Positions 28,084 to 38,942 of a DNA stretch of 64,000 nucleotides are shown piece after piece. How positions within the stretch are numbered: the first letter of the stretch is position 1; each line of letters opens with the position of its first letter. The translations under genes were made by a program, and so were the position numbers. The notes below the pieces were generated by a model. It saw only the letters and a list, made by a program, of their open reading frames with translations. It was not told where the DNA came from and made no database searches. Origin of the DNA: a virus; UHGV virus genome UHGV-1364187, one strand, 5' to 3'.

Positions 28084-29331
28084 ATGAATGAAGAATTATT
28101 AAAAATGAGAGAAGAAATAGATAAATTACCAGAAGAAGAAAAAATCAAAAAAATAGCAGATAGTATTGGAATGAAAATGGATGATCAAGATATTCAACAT
28201 GCTAAAATGACAGATGAGCAACTAGATGCTATATGTAATGTATTAGCAGATAATAAACCAGAAGTATTAAATGATAGAATGGATTTTGAATCAGAAGAGT
28301 ATAAAGAATATGTAAAACAATTACAATCTTCAGAGCAAAAAGAACATTTAGCTACAGTAGCTGTTAATCCTATTAATGGCGGTGCATTAGTATTAGCTAC
28401 TCATGATGAAGATGAAATAGGATACATAGATAAACCAACAGAAGAAATTGATTTGGTAAAAATATTCGATAAAGAAAAAGAAGAAATTACATTTGATCTA
28501 TGTAAAGAAACATTCGTTAATATCTACGGCATTACAGATAAAGAAGAACAAAAAGTCTTATTTGATGCTATTATGGATGTAGATAATGTAAAATTCGATG
28601 ATCTCCCATCCAAAATCAAAGGTATGGTTATGGGAGCTATTCAAGGTCAAGAAATTGATAATAAAATTATTGACGAATTTACAAAATATCTATTAAACAA
28701 TATGAAAACCGATATTGTCGCTAACAAAGCTGCAACTGTTGATCTTGATAAAGAGATTTCTAAATATAAATCTGAATCTAACAAAATTATGTCAGAAGCA
28801 TTAGAACATAATAGAACTGTATTAGAAAAAGAGCTTTCAAAAATTGCAGATAAAGCTGAACAAGAGGGATTAAAGAAAAAAGCTGCACAATTAAGAAGAT
28901 GCATTAAAGGTTTTGTTGACTCTTATACTTTTGAACCATTATTTAGAGATTGGAAAACATTAAAGATTAAAGGTAAAAGAGTTTCTATTAAAAAGTATCT
29001 AGAAGCGGAATTACCTAACTATAGACAACATATTATGAAATTTGATAATAGATATAGACAAAGTAATAAAAACATTCATAGTTCTGGACTTATTTTACAT
29101 ACATTAAAGAGATGCCTACCAAATGAGTCAGAGCAGGATCTTAAGAAATTTGTAATTTTATTTTGTATGTATTCTTCATTACTAGACGTAAATAAATATG
29201 AAGATCATATTTTCATGTATTATACAATTCATGATATTATTTCTCTTGATGCTATTCCAGATAAATCTATTGGATTGTCAAGAGAGATCTTAGAGAATAT
29301 TAAGAAAGTTATAGATGAAGTTATTAAATAG
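28084..29331 (+). CDS. Hypothetical acidic protein, 415 aa (possibly scaffold-like)
   Basis: Acidic N-terminal half with predicted helices. RBS taggagga. Confidence 0.45.
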   Translation: MNEELLKMREEIDKLPEEEKIKKIADSIGMKMDDQDIQHAKMTDEQLDAICNVLADNKPEVLNDRMDFESEEYKEYVKQLQSSEQKEHLATVAVNPINGGALVLATHDEDEIGYIDKPTEEIDLVKIFDKEKEEITFDLCKETFVNIYGITDKEEQKVLFDAIMDVDNVKFDDLPSKIKGMVMGAIQGQEIDNKIIDEFTKYLLNNMKTDIVANKAATVDLDKEISKYKSESNKIMSEALEHNRTVLEKELSKIADKAEQEGLKKKAAQLRRCIKGFVDSYTFEPLFRDWKTLKIKGKRVSIKKYLEAELPNYRQHIMKFDNRYRQSNKNIHSSGLILHTLKRCLPNESEQDLKKFVILFCMYSSLLDVNKYEDHIFMYYTIHDIISLDAIPDKSIGLSREILENIKKVIDEVIK

Positions 29332-29415
29332 AAAAAGAAGAGAATCTTAAATGATTCTCTTCTTTTTAATTTCTTTAACTACAATGTAATAGATTAAAAC
29401 GAAAGGACTGATAAA

Positions 29416-30138
29416 ATGGGAATGCCTAGTTTTTTAAAGAAAGAAGGACATAGTATAATTTATAATGGTAAAGGAACATTAGTTTTCTTTATACCAACAT
29501 TCTTTTTTTCTAAAGGATATGCTGAATCTATAGGAGAAAATATTAGTTTATTTGGTGTATTTGATTATGCAATATATGATGAAAAAGGTAATATATCTAA
29601 ATCACTTACTAATTTTAAACTACCTACTGTTTTCTTAACAAGACCAAGTAATATGGAAACAAAAAAAGATGTAAAACTTACAAAAAACACTAAACCTCAA
29701 GATTATAGACTTCTTAAATATAAACAAGGAGATTTAGTATTTGTATCTTGTAAACTTCCACAATCTATTGACAATGCTGAAATGTTATTTAAAATGATGA
29801 TTACTGCTGATATGCCTAATACTATTCCATATGATAAGATACATGACTATTGGGAATTGTCTATGGCATTAAATGGAACTAAGTATGGTATATCACAACA
29901 AATATTTGGAATATTTTCATCAGAAGTATTTAGAAAGATTGATGATAAAACTATTCCATTTAGATTATCTGGAGAAAAAGATATGACTAGATATCAAATG
30001 ATTTCTATTAAGATGATACCTAATTTAGTAACACCATTTACAGCATTTATAAGTGAAAACTGGGATGAATCTATGGTATATGCTAGTATGAATAATAATA
30101 AGAAAGAAATCCCTCTAGAGAAAATCATGATGATGTAG
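29416..30138 (+). CDS. Hypothetical protein, 240 aa (tail-module neighbour)
   Basis: ORF immediately upstream of the sheath gene. Confidence 0.45.
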   Translation: MGMPSFLKKEGHSIIYNGKGTLVFFIPTFFFSKGYAESIGENISLFGVFDYAIYDEKGNISKSLTNFKLPTVFLTRPSNMETKKDVKLTKNTKPQDYRLLKYKQGDLVFVSCKLPQSIDNAEMLFKMMITADMPNTIPYDKIHDYWELSMALNGTKYGISQQIFGIFSSEVFRKIDDKTIPFRLSGEKDMTRYQMISIKMIPNLVTPFTAFISENWDESMVYASMNNNKKEIPLEKIMMM

Positions 30139-30201
30139 TTCTTGTTTTCCTAACATGTAAATAATTAGAGCAAGACTCTATCAATAAAGGAGGAATCAAT
30201 T

Positions 30202-32034
30202 ATGGCTAAAATAGCTCCAAAGACTACATTTAGCTGGACCAATAATTCTCAGATTTCTACTATGACATCTGTATCAGAAGACGCACCAATTATTCTTGTT
30301 GCATCTACATCTGATAAAGGTACTGAAGATCTGAAACTTGTTAGCGGTTCAGCGTTCTTCAAAGAATATGTATCAGATAAGAAATCTATGTATACACGAC
30401 ACGGTCAACCATTACTTCAAGCAGCTGCTGTTGCTGAAGCTGGTGGAAAAATTTTATTCAAACGTATTGTTGCAGAAGATTCTAAATTGGCTAATGCCAT
30501 TGTAAGTGTTAAAGCTACAAAAGTTCCAGATACTCCTGGTCAGAATCCTGGAGATCCTTCAATTCCACCAGCACCTGGAACACCTCATGTAACTTTAAAA
30601 ATTCAAGTTGATACATTAACAGATGCTACTACAATGAATGAAGTAAAAGCTCATGCTGCTACTTTAGAATCAACAGCATCTGATAATGAGAAAACTTATC
30701 CTTTATTTGTATTCTGTGATACAGGTAGAGGTGCATCAGACAAGAGATTTAGAATTACACCAGATTATTCATCTGCTAGAGAATTAACTTTCATGAGATA
30801 TTCTTTCACAGTATTAGAAGGTACAACAAAACTTGAAGAAATGCAATTCTCTTTAGATCCAAATATTGAATATAATGGTGAAAATTTCGGATTAAATTCA
30901 GTTGTTAGAACAAATAGTACCCAACTTAAAGCTTATGTATATGAAGACAACATTGAAGCTTTAGCTGAATATGTAGCTCAAATTTTAGATACAGATAAAG
31001 ACACAATGCTGTTAACAGATATCTTAGGAGGTACTTCTCGTAATGGTATCGCTAATCCAGAGATTGAAATTGATGTTGATTCTATTAACCTTAATAATAC
31101 TCTAGGTGTAAGCTTACTTAGTGGAGATAATGGATCTTTCACAGATAAACCTATTCTTAATGGTGGTGATCCATACACAGAAGCATTAGTTGATGTATTT
31201 GCAAAAGAAGAAGATAATGAATTATTTGATGTTGATAAATATCAAATTGATGCTGTATTCGATGCTAATTATCCAGATGAAGTTAAGAAAGCTATCGAGG
31301 AATTAGCAGTTTACCGTACAGACTTTATGTTCTTTAGAGATCTTGGATTCGTATATACATATGACCAAATTAAAGCAAAAGCAGATCAAGTAACACCAAC
31401 TTACTTTGTTGCTATGTATCATAACTCATATGATATTATCGATCCGTATACAAAGAAACAAATTCCTGTTACTGTAACTTATTCATTAGCTAAACTATTT
31501 ATAAATCACTTTACAAGTGGTAAAGCTAATCCATTTGAAGGTATCAGATATAATATTATTTTATCTGATGCTATTGAAGGAACAGTAAATTATTTACCAA
31601 GAAAACTTAAATCTTCTGATCAAAAACAAGCTTTGGTTGATATTAATGTAAACTATGCTTCATATTACGGAGATACATTCGTAATTGAAACTCAATTCAC
31701 AGCAGATTTACAATATACTCAACTGTCTTGGTTAAACAATGTTATCTTAGTACAAGAAATTGTAAAAATGCTTAGAGAATACTGTCCAAGAACCAGATAT
31801 ACATTTATTGATGGTGATGGTAATGGTGATACACAAGCATTTGATAACTATAAGAAGAGTGTTGAAGAAAGACTCAATGAGTACAAAGGAAACTTCACAT
31901 CACTCGAATTCGAATGGCAATATGACGAAACACAAGTACAAAATAAAATCTTCTATGCAACTATTAAGTTTGCATTCAGAAACTTCATTGAGAGCGAACA
32001 CTTCAACTTATTCGCAATCAATACATCAAACTAA
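30202..32034 (+). CDS. Tail sheath protein
   Basis: LSGDNGSFTDKPILNGGDPYTEALVDVFAKEEDNELFDVDKYQIDAVFDANYP..AVYRTDFMFFRDLG aligns with the T4 gp18 core LSGGLSSNAEVTAGDLMEAWDFFADRESVDVQLFIAG..DARQDCLVLCSPP. Codon usage suggests high expression, and the RBS is strong. The size, 610 aa, fits a sheath paired with a roughly 30-kDa tube. Confidence 0.55.
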   Translation: MAKIAPKTTFSWTNNSQISTMTSVSEDAPIILVASTSDKGTEDLKLVSGSAFFKEYVSDKKSMYTRHGQPLLQAAAVAEAGGKILFKRIVAEDSKLANAIVSVKATKVPDTPGQNPGDPSIPPAPGTPHVTLKIQVDTLTDATTMNEVKAHAATLESTASDNEKTYPLFVFCDTGRGASDKRFRITPDYSSARELTFMRYSFTVLEGTTKLEEMQFSLDPNIEYNGENFGLNSVVRTNSTQLKAYVYEDNIEALAEYVAQILDTDKDTMLLTDILGGTSRNGIANPEIEIDVDSINLNNTLGVSLLSGDNGSFTDKPILNGGDPYTEALVDVFAKEEDNELFDVDKYQIDAVFDANYPDEVKKAIEELAVYRTDFMFFRDLGFVYTYDQIKAKADQVTPTYFVAMYHNSYDIIDPYTKKQIPVTVTYSLAKLFINHFTSGKANPFEGIRYNIILSDAIEGTVNYLPRKLKSSDQKQALVDINVNYASYYGDTFVIETQFTADLQYTQLSWLNNVILVQEIVKMLREYCPRTRYTFIDGDGNGDTQAFDNYKKSVEERLNEYKGNFTSLEFEWQYDETQVQNKIFYATIKFAFRNFIESEHFNLFAINTSN

Positions 32035-32051
32035 TAGAGGAGGTATACTAA

Positions 32052-32873
32052 ATGTATAAAGGACTCGTCAAAACAACCGATATTACAAATTATAATATAT
32101 TTAGAGGTGTAACTGACTTTGGTAACGTAAACCAGTTCATGGCATTTGAAGGTGGTCGTTCATTCATTAAAGTTATTTCATCTCCTAGATTCTTAACAGA
32201 GTATGCTTTAACATCAAAAGACACGGAAGTTGCTGCTGTAGTTAATAACTATGTACATCTTCTTGAATATGAATTCTTAGGTCTTGAAGGATTAGAAGAT
32301 ATTACTTCTGAAACTCAAGATATCAATGATGGTCTTCGTACTCTACAATTAATCAATAAAACTACTGAACAAGCATCTGCTACTATCGCACTTAATGGAT
32401 ATCATGAACGTTCTGGTGGTTTAATGTGGAGATATCATGATATGTTCTTAAGAGGTATTGTTGATCCTGGTTCTGGATTTAAACATTATCACGGATTAAT
32501 TCAAAAAGGTATCCTTAAGAAAGGTTATGCTAATGAAATCTTCCAAATCATGTACTTTGTAACAGATTCAACTGGTCTTGACCTTGAAGCTGCTTACTTA
32601 TTATCATGCTGCCAATTAACAAACGCTAATCAATTTGCAAACACACAAAAAGGTGAATACAACTTCAAAGAAATCTCTGTAGAGATGAACTGTTTCCCTG
32701 TTCGTAATGATTACGTTAACAAAGCTGCAGCTGATCACTTAAAGAACATGACTATTATTCGTAATTCAGCTAACTATGTTTGGACTGGTACAGAAGGTAT
32801 GGCTGGTACTAATGCTTCTAGTAATGGTGCTGTCGGATATAATGGACCAATCGAAACATATGATAATATTTAA
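32052..32873 (+). CDS. Probable tail tube protein
   Basis: Lies immediately downstream of the sheath gene with a strong RBS and similar codon usage. Followed by strong terminator 32881-32916. Confidence 0.4.
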   Translation: MYKGLVKTTDITNYNIFRGVTDFGNVNQFMAFEGGRSFIKVISSPRFLTEYALTSKDTEVAAVVNNYVHLLEYEFLGLEGLEDITSETQDINDGLRTLQLINKTTEQASATIALNGYHERSGGLMWRYHDMFLRGIVDPGSGFKHYHGLIQKGILKKGYANEIFQIMYFVTDSTGLDLEAAYLLSCCQLTNANQFANTQKGEYNFKEISVEMNCFPVRNDYVNKAAADHLKNMTIIRNSANYVWTGTEGMAGTNASSNGAVGYNGPIETYDNI

Positions 32874-32880
32874 TATAAAT

Positions 32881-32916
32881 ATACAGACTAGAAATTAATC
32901 TAGTCTGTATATTTAT
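32881..32916. terminator. Strong bidirectional terminator between the tail tube gene and the convergent 737-aa gene
   Basis: atacagactagaaattaatctagtctgtat, with T-rich flanks on both sides. Confidence 0.7.
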
Positions 32917-35129
32917 TACATTTCTTCATTTTGTTTATCTTTTAATGCTGCATATTGAATATGTGCTCTAGCTTTAGCTTTATCAATTTTATCCCAAGGT
33001 AATATTCCAGCATATTCAATTCTCATCATAGTATTACCAAAGATATCTATTTCTTCTGGACTTATTCCTTCTCTATTTTCTCCGTATGCTAATTCGACAT
33101 ATTTACTTTTTGTATTTAATGCATTTTCTATAGTCATATCTACTTGTTGATTATTTTGATATTTTGGTGCTGGTAATACCATTTCAATAACATCATTACC
33201 ACCAAACTCGTTATTATACAACTTGGTTAAAAATGGATTAAACATATTTTCAGTTTTCGTCTGTCTCTTATAAGCCTTTTTTAACATTTTGCTATTATTC
33301 ATTGTTAATTGTGTGGCAAAATCCACTTGTTGTAATCTGGTTTGAACAGCTTCTAATGGAACTCCTGTAGGACTTATAGCCATATTCTCTAGCATTTCCA
33401 TTAATTCTGTTTTTACTGGAATATCTTGTCCCTGCATAATTTCAAATCTTACAGGCGGTCCATCATTTCCTTCTGGTATAATCATATCATTAAATCTTCC
33501 TGTTACATTAAGGAAGTTATTTAAGTTATTGATATCTCTCATACCAAAGTTTCCTTTTTTAATTTGGTTGATAGTGTTCATCATAACAGCAGCTATATTC
33601 GTATCGATTGTTGATCTTACATAGTAAGCTCTTTTATCTTGTCCTCTTGTAATAATACCTAATACTGTACTGATATATAAACTTGTATATAGTTTAGCTG
33701 GTATTATTGATTTTTTAAGATCTGATATACCTCTATGTGTTTTTGGATCTTTTCTAAAATAAAAATGTACTACATCTTCTGGTGGAATATATGTAACTTT
33801 TACATTAGATAAATTATCACCATGATCTACACCATATTTTAGAATATTGTATAATTCTTCTTTAAAATCTTGATGTGAATTAATGAAGTTTACATCTATA
33901 GCATCTGATAATTGTTTTGATAATACTCTAATAGCATTATCTCGTGTTGTAGATGATTGATTTAACTCTTCCATTGTAGTAGTTCTTCTAATATGTGAAG
34001 TTAAATCTGTTGCACTCTTTGATAATGATTCTAGTTTTGAATCATCACAATCGATATAATAATATCCAGCACATAAATCTCCAATGTATAATGGGACTAT
34101 TTTTTCTCTTGCAAGTTCTTTTACAATAGAACCTCTTACATTGAAACTATTAGCTGTAACTTTACTATTTTTACTAGTATCTGATAAACCATCTGTAGTT
34201 TCAAACTTATTATCTGGTTTAAGATCATCGTACATATCTTTTATGTCTTTTGAATTATAATCCATTATTGTTTTTAATTTCTTTCTTTCTACAGCAGCTT
34301 CTCTAATAAACATGTCTCTATCCATACTAATATTAATGTCTAATTCACTAATACTTTCTAATTCTTCTTTTGTCAAATCCAATTCTACATTTTGACTAGT
34401 AGAATTCTCATATACTAATGTGTTTTCTGTAATAGTAAGTTTCTTAGTTCCTTCTATTTTTTGATTTCTTCCATTAAAGATATCACTAAATGCCTGTTTA
34501 TATGGTTTCACATAGTAATATACTTCTCCATATTTAGCAGTTTTGTAATAAATATCATCTACTTTTTCTTCTAGATTATACTCATTTTTTAGTTTTTCTA
34601 TATTGGATCTAAACTGAACACTATCCACTGCAGATACATTATTCATATACATAAACTCTTTATTGAATTGCTCTGATGATAATACATTCTCTTTAAGTAT
34701 ATCTAGAGCTTCTTCTAACTGAGGCATATATGTACATATAGTATCAATTTCATCATCCATATCTTTAATATATTTATTCTCTGAATATACATTAATAAGA
34801 TTTTCTATATTAGCATCATTTTCAAATATCTTCTTTAATCCACCTTCTATATCTTTTTCATCTTTACGAATATTATTATAGAGAATAGTTAATGAGGACA
34901 ATCCACTATCATCTGTATTTCTTTGAACGATACTATTGATAGCATTTGTAAGACCTGTATGCAAATCATTTAACTCATCTCTATTTATTGTACTATTAAA
35001 ATAATTTGACATATAAGACCTATTTAATAAATTTTGAATATTACTTGCTAATTTGTTTATTACATTATTTGATACATGTTTTTCTTGATTATCATCCTTT
35101 TTCTTAGCCATTGTAATATCTCCTTTCAT
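32916..35129 (-). CDS. Large hypothetical protein, 737 aa (possibly a virion or portal-like structural protein)
   Basis: Long ORF with a coiled N-terminal third. No motif I can assign. Confidence 0.35.
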   Translation of the reverse strand: MKGDITMAKKKDDNQEKHVSNNVINKLASNIQNLLNRSYMSNYFNSTINRDELNDLHTGLTNAINSIVQRNTDDSGLSSLTILYNNIRKDEKDIEGGLKKIFENDANIENLINVYSENKYIKDMDDEIDTICTYMPQLEEALDILKENVLSSEQFNKEFMYMNNVSAVDSVQFRSNIEKLKNEYNLEEKVDDIYYKTAKYGEVYYYVKPYKQAFSDIFNGRNQKIEGTKKLTITENTLVYENSTSQNVELDLTKEELESISELDINISMDRDMFIREAAVERKKLKTIMDYNSKDIKDMYDDLKPDNKFETTDGLSDTSKNSKVTANSFNVRGSIVKELAREKIVPLYIGDLCAGYYYIDCDDSKLESLSKSATDLTSHIRRTTTMEELNQSSTTRDNAIRVLSKQLSDAIDVNFINSHQDFKEELYNILKYGVDHGDNLSNVKVTYIPPEDVVHFYFRKDPKTHRGISDLKKSIIPAKLYTSLYISTVLGIITRGQDKRAYYVRSTIDTNIAAVMMNTINQIKKGNFGMRDINNLNNFLNVTGRFNDMIIPEGNDGPPVRFEIMQGQDIPVKTELMEMLENMAISPTGVPLEAVQTRLQQVDFATQLTMNNSKMLKKAYKRQTKTENMFNPFLTKLYNNEFGGNDVIEMVLPAPKYQNNQQVDMTIENALNTKSKYVELAYGENREGISPEEIDIFGNTMMRIEYAGILPWDKIDKAKARAHIQYAALKDKQNEEM

Positions 35130-35202
35130 TGTATTATAATTAACTAGATGTTGCCAAAATAGAATAGTATTAGACTTTTATTAGTCTAATACTATTCCGT
35201 AT

Positions 35203-35841
35203 CTATAGAAATCTATATGTTATATATACATCTATTACAATTTTCTTCTTTTTATATACAGTAAACTTACTAGTGAAATATTTCAATTTATCTGTAGATT
35301 TATCATTATATATACTTAATGATAGTTTATCTCCTTTATTTATTGGTAATAATCCTTTATATAATGACATGATGTATCCATTCTTTCTATACATAACTAC
35401 TCCATCTTTAGCAAGCATTGATGATAATCTAACAATATCAGGATCATCTGTTATGTCATCATAAAAATGATCATATTTTACAAAATTAGATAATTTATAT
35501 ATTAGATTTATTCCATCTGGAGGAACAACTATATTCATTATAATAATAGGTTGACTCTCTCCATTTAACCATATATACAAATTACCATACATATCCATAT
35601 CTACACTAAATAAGTTCTTATCACATATTGCATATATATCAGGTATGAAATAACAATATATCAATCCATTATTAAATTCATCTAAGATAAATTCAGTTGT
35701 TTTTGCATATGAAAATAACTTATTTGATGATACTAAAGATGATCCGTGGATCATCAATATATCATCTGATTTAAGAATTTTTAGAATATCTATAATTGAA
35801 TTAACGGTTTGATTTTGCAAAGTTTTCATCGTAGTATTCAT
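35203..35841 (-). CDS. Hypothetical protein, 212 aa
   Basis: ORF overlapping the stop of the polymerase N-fragment. Confidence 0.45.
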   Translation of the reverse strand: MNTTMKTLQNQTVNSIIDILKILKSDDILMIHGSSLVSSNKLFSYAKTTEFILDEFNNGLIYCYFIPDIYAICDKNLFSVDMDMYGNLYIWLNGESQPIIIMNIVVPPDGINLIYKLSNFVKYDHFYDDITDDPDIVRLSSMLAKDGVVMYRKNGYIMSLYKGLLPINKGDKLSLSIYNDKSTDKLKYFTSKFTVYKKKKIVIDVYITYRFL

Positions 35842-37744
35842 ATTGAACTCCTTCCATAGCTTTATTCATATTATTATACGTTGATATGAATATAGCAGGT
35901 TTATATAATTCTTTAGAAAATTCTGCAGGTCTCATTAATAAATTATTATTTACAATTCTAGCAGGAATAAACATACCTGTATGTTTATCTACATATTCAT
36001 AGTTACTACAGATCATTTGTGTTGTAAAGAATTCTTCAATATCATGAAGCATTTCTTTGTAATCTGCAAGATGAAGATATCTATGACAAAATTCGACAAT
36101 ACTTTCAGATTGAAGACATTCAAACATATCTCCAGCTCTATCATATTTCTCATTATCAAATGGATTTTCTTTATCATAAATCGCGTTATGTGCAATAACT
36201 CTAGCGATAATAGTATTAGGTGCAATATTATGTTGATCTATTTCACTTGGGTACAGGGCTTTAAAGTCAAAATCATCGCCATTATCAAATAACCATGTAG
36301 GTTTTCCATTAATTTTAACAAATCCATCTCTAACAACATGAGTTGGATCTCCTACTAATGCACCTGCATATTTATTTTCGGGTTTTTCACCGAACTTGTT
36401 AGCATTACATCCCATTATTAATCCATCTTCATAAAACTCTTTTGTTCCTCTATTAGAAAGATATACAGTTTGCCTATGTGATTTTGGAATACGAGTATTA
36501 TTAAGTAAAGCTTTATTGAAAATATATCCTACATCATCACATCTTTGTTCAACTACTTTTTGTACTATTGTATCCATGATGTTATATAAAGTAAAATCTC
36601 TAAAATTATAATATTCTCTATCTGCAAATCTAAGATTAGGTGGAAATGCTTCATATTTACCAATCTTAGCTATCATTTTACCTATGGTATCCAATTTATA
36701 GTTAGGAAACTTTGATTGACCTTTACGTCTACTTGCAAAATGTTGCAATTGGTCCATGTAAATAGTATATCCACTTATAGCAGAATAATCACCTTTAAGT
36801 TCAAATTCATTTTTGTGTTGTTCGTCTATATAATATTTACATTGTTTGTATTTAAAATCTGGATGACACATGATATCCATTGGATCATATCCTAATTTTT
36901 TAATTCTTTCCATGATATATGGAATATCAAATGCCATGTTCCATGCCAATACAAAATCTGGTTGTGTTGAATTTATATACATAAATAAATCTTGAAGTAA
37001 AGTTATTTCGTCATCATAAAATACTTGATCATAAACATAATCTATTACTCCTAATCGAGTAGCTTGTTTCCAACCACCTACAGATTTAACAACAAAGTCA
37101 TAAGCAGCTTTTTGAAATTCTCCTCTCATAACTTCTTGTTCTAATTGAGCAACTTGTGGATTAGTTGGATCTCTAAGTATCAAAGTAGTAACAATTTTCA
37201 TTTTATCATTTACTAATGTGATTAAGTTTATTGGATAATCTCCATAGTGATCTGATAAATCTTCATCTCCAGGCATATCTTTAACTCTAACCTCAATATC
37301 TAGATATGCTTTTGATAAATCAAATAATTGATTTTGATAATTCTGACTGAATACAAATCTATAGTAATCATTTATATCCATATCAGCTAAGAATACTTCG
37401 TTAAGTGTAAATAATCTCTTATTTGCACTAAAATTTTTATTCTTCATATTTTCATAAAAGTATTCTAAATTTCCAGTTTCTTTAGCTATACTTTTTAATA
37501 AATCTTTATATTTACAAGTAACTGGACGTACTCTTTCTTTTTCTATGAATAGATGATGATAATCTAATATTTCATTATCATTAGCCATAAAATAAGTATA
37601 AGTTGGATTTACAATATCTTGATGATGTTTCAATCCAGTATCATTATCTCGATATATAACAGTCATTACATCTTTATCATCGTACTGACCGTAGATTGTA
37701 TCAAGAATTGTTAAGTTTGATCCTTTATCATATCCTTTAATCAT
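35801..37744 (-). CDS. Family B DNA polymerase, N-terminal polypeptide (3'-5' exonuclease domain plus motif A)
   Basis: Exo I YLDIEV, Exo II FDIPYI, Exo III YNIMDT, and pol motif A DFDFKALYPSEI. The ORF ends about 135 aa after motif A, with no motif B or C. Confidence 0.8.
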   Translation of the reverse strand: MIKGYDKGSNLTILDTIYGQYDDKDVMTVIYRDNDTGLKHHQDIVNPTYTYFMANDNEILDYHHLFIEKERVRPVTCKYKDLLKSIAKETGNLEYFYENMKNKNFSANKRLFTLNEVFLADMDINDYYRFVFSQNYQNQLFDLSKAYLDIEVRVKDMPGDEDLSDHYGDYPINLITLVNDKMKIVTTLILRDPTNPQVAQLEQEVMRGEFQKAAYDFVVKSVGGWKQATRLGVIDYVYDQVFYDDEITLLQDLFMYINSTQPDFVLAWNMAFDIPYIMERIKKLGYDPMDIMCHPDFKYKQCKYYIDEQHKNEFELKGDYSAISGYTIYMDQLQHFASRRKGQSKFPNYKLDTIGKMIAKIGKYEAFPPNLRFADREYYNFRDFTLYNIMDTIVQKVVEQRCDDVGYIFNKALLNNTRIPKSHRQTVYLSNRGTKEFYEDGLIMGCNANKFGEKPENKYAGALVGDPTHVVRDGFVKINGKPTWLFDNGDDFDFKALYPSEIDQHNIAPNTIIARVIAHNAIYDKENPFDNEKYDRAGDMFECLQSESIVEFCHRYLHLADYKEMLHDIEEFFTTQMICSNYEYVDKHTGMFIPARIVNNNLLMRPAEFSKELYKPAIFISTYNNMNKAMEGVQYEYYDENFAKSNR

Positions 37745-37852
37745 TCCTAATTCCTCCTATTTTAATATGTTTACGTCATTATTATAATGTTTCATGATAT
37801 ATAAAAATATATAAAACCTTAAATCTGTAACATTTTTGTAAAATGATTAAAA

Positions 37853-38878
37853 TTGGATAAAGGAGGAGTTATTATGAATAACTTAGTAATCCCAGCTACT
37901 ATAGAAGATAAAAATGACAGTAGTTTTATGAATGGTATTTCTCTTAATTTAGATTTCTTTAATGGTGAAAATGAAATAGCTACATGTGATATAGAACCAA
38001 TGGTTACATCAGAAAAGAAAAAAAGAGGAAGACCAGCAGGAAGTACTAATAAGAAAAAGAAAGAAGATAGTGTAGAAACAAAAGAGACTGCTGACGGTAC
38101 AGTTATTGTTGTTGCAGATGATAACAAATCTGAACATTTACCAACAGTATACTCTAATGAAGATTATATGAATGGATTTGAATTAGGTAATAGTGTAATC
38201 AGACAATCTATTGCACAATTAGATGAACTTGGATATCAAGTTATGGAAGAGTTCAACAAAGTAAAGAATTCTCAAATGAAATCTAAATATGTTGTTCTTC
38301 CACAATTAGCATCGGCTATTAGTTCTATTATCAATAGTAAGATTAGTGCTGGTAATAGTATTAATAAAACAACAAAAGATGCATTTGATCTTGAACTTAA
38401 ACGTATGAAAGAAACAAATGCAACACAAAGTGAAATGTCTGATGAAGAATTTATTATGAATGCTTATAATGCATATATTTCTGCACCAGTAGGTGCACAA
38501 CCAATGGCATTACCTCCATCAATGGTCAACATGACAACTGCAGGTGATCAGATTGTTAGAGCTGCTATTGGAAATTCTAATGATGGATATAGTCAGTATA
38601 TGGGTAATATTACACCAGAACAAAACTTAATGAATTATGAACATAATCCAAATGTTCAAACTGTTGTTGTATACGATGTTGCAAATCCAAGAAATATGTA
38701 TTTTGATGTAATTGACATAACAACAGGTCAAAGTATTCCTAATGTACCAAAACCTGATGCTATGTTTTTGGAAAATCTTACATTAGATCAACGTAATATG
38801 GTTGCAAGAGATACTAATCTTGATAGAACATATAAGTTGATTTTATTAAATGCTAATAGTTCTATTGGGAATTATTAA
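37853..38878 (+). CDS. Hypothetical protein with an AT-hook
   Basis: KKKRGRPAGSTNKKKK contains the RGRP AT-hook core. Strong RBS, and terminator at 38881-38925. Confidence 0.45.
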   Translation: MDKGGVIMNNLVIPATIEDKNDSSFMNGISLNLDFFNGENEIATCDIEPMVTSEKKKRGRPAGSTNKKKKEDSVETKETADGTVIVVADDNKSEHLPTVYSNEDYMNGFELGNSVIRQSIAQLDELGYQVMEEFNKVKNSQMKSKYVVLPQLASAISSIINSKISAGNSINKTTKDAFDLELKRMKETNATQSEMSDEEFIMNAYNAYISAPVGAQPMALPPSMVNMTTAGDQIVRAAIGNSNDGYSQYMGNITPEQNLMNYEHNPNVQTVVVYDVANPRNMYFDVIDITTGQSIPNVPKPDAMFLENLTLDQRNMVARDTNLDRTYKLILLNANSSIGNY

Positions 38879-38880
38879 TA

Positions 38881-38925
38881 AAAAAGACTGATATCTTGTA
38901 AATGATATCAGTCTTAACTTTTTAG
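38881..38925 (+). terminator. Intrinsic terminator
   Basis: aagactgatatcttgtaaatgatatcagtctt followed by tttttag. Confidence 0.65.
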
Positions 38926-38942
38926 TAAAAAAGAGAAGTGAG

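Noticed and set aside
30202-32034. Major capsid protein assignment for the 610-aa highly expressed protein
   Set aside because: The C-terminal half aligns with the conserved tail-sheath core (LSGG..AGD...FA...DV.LF motif region of T4 gp18). It is followed by a roughly 30-kDa co-expressed protein, consistent with a sheath/tube pair and not a capsid.
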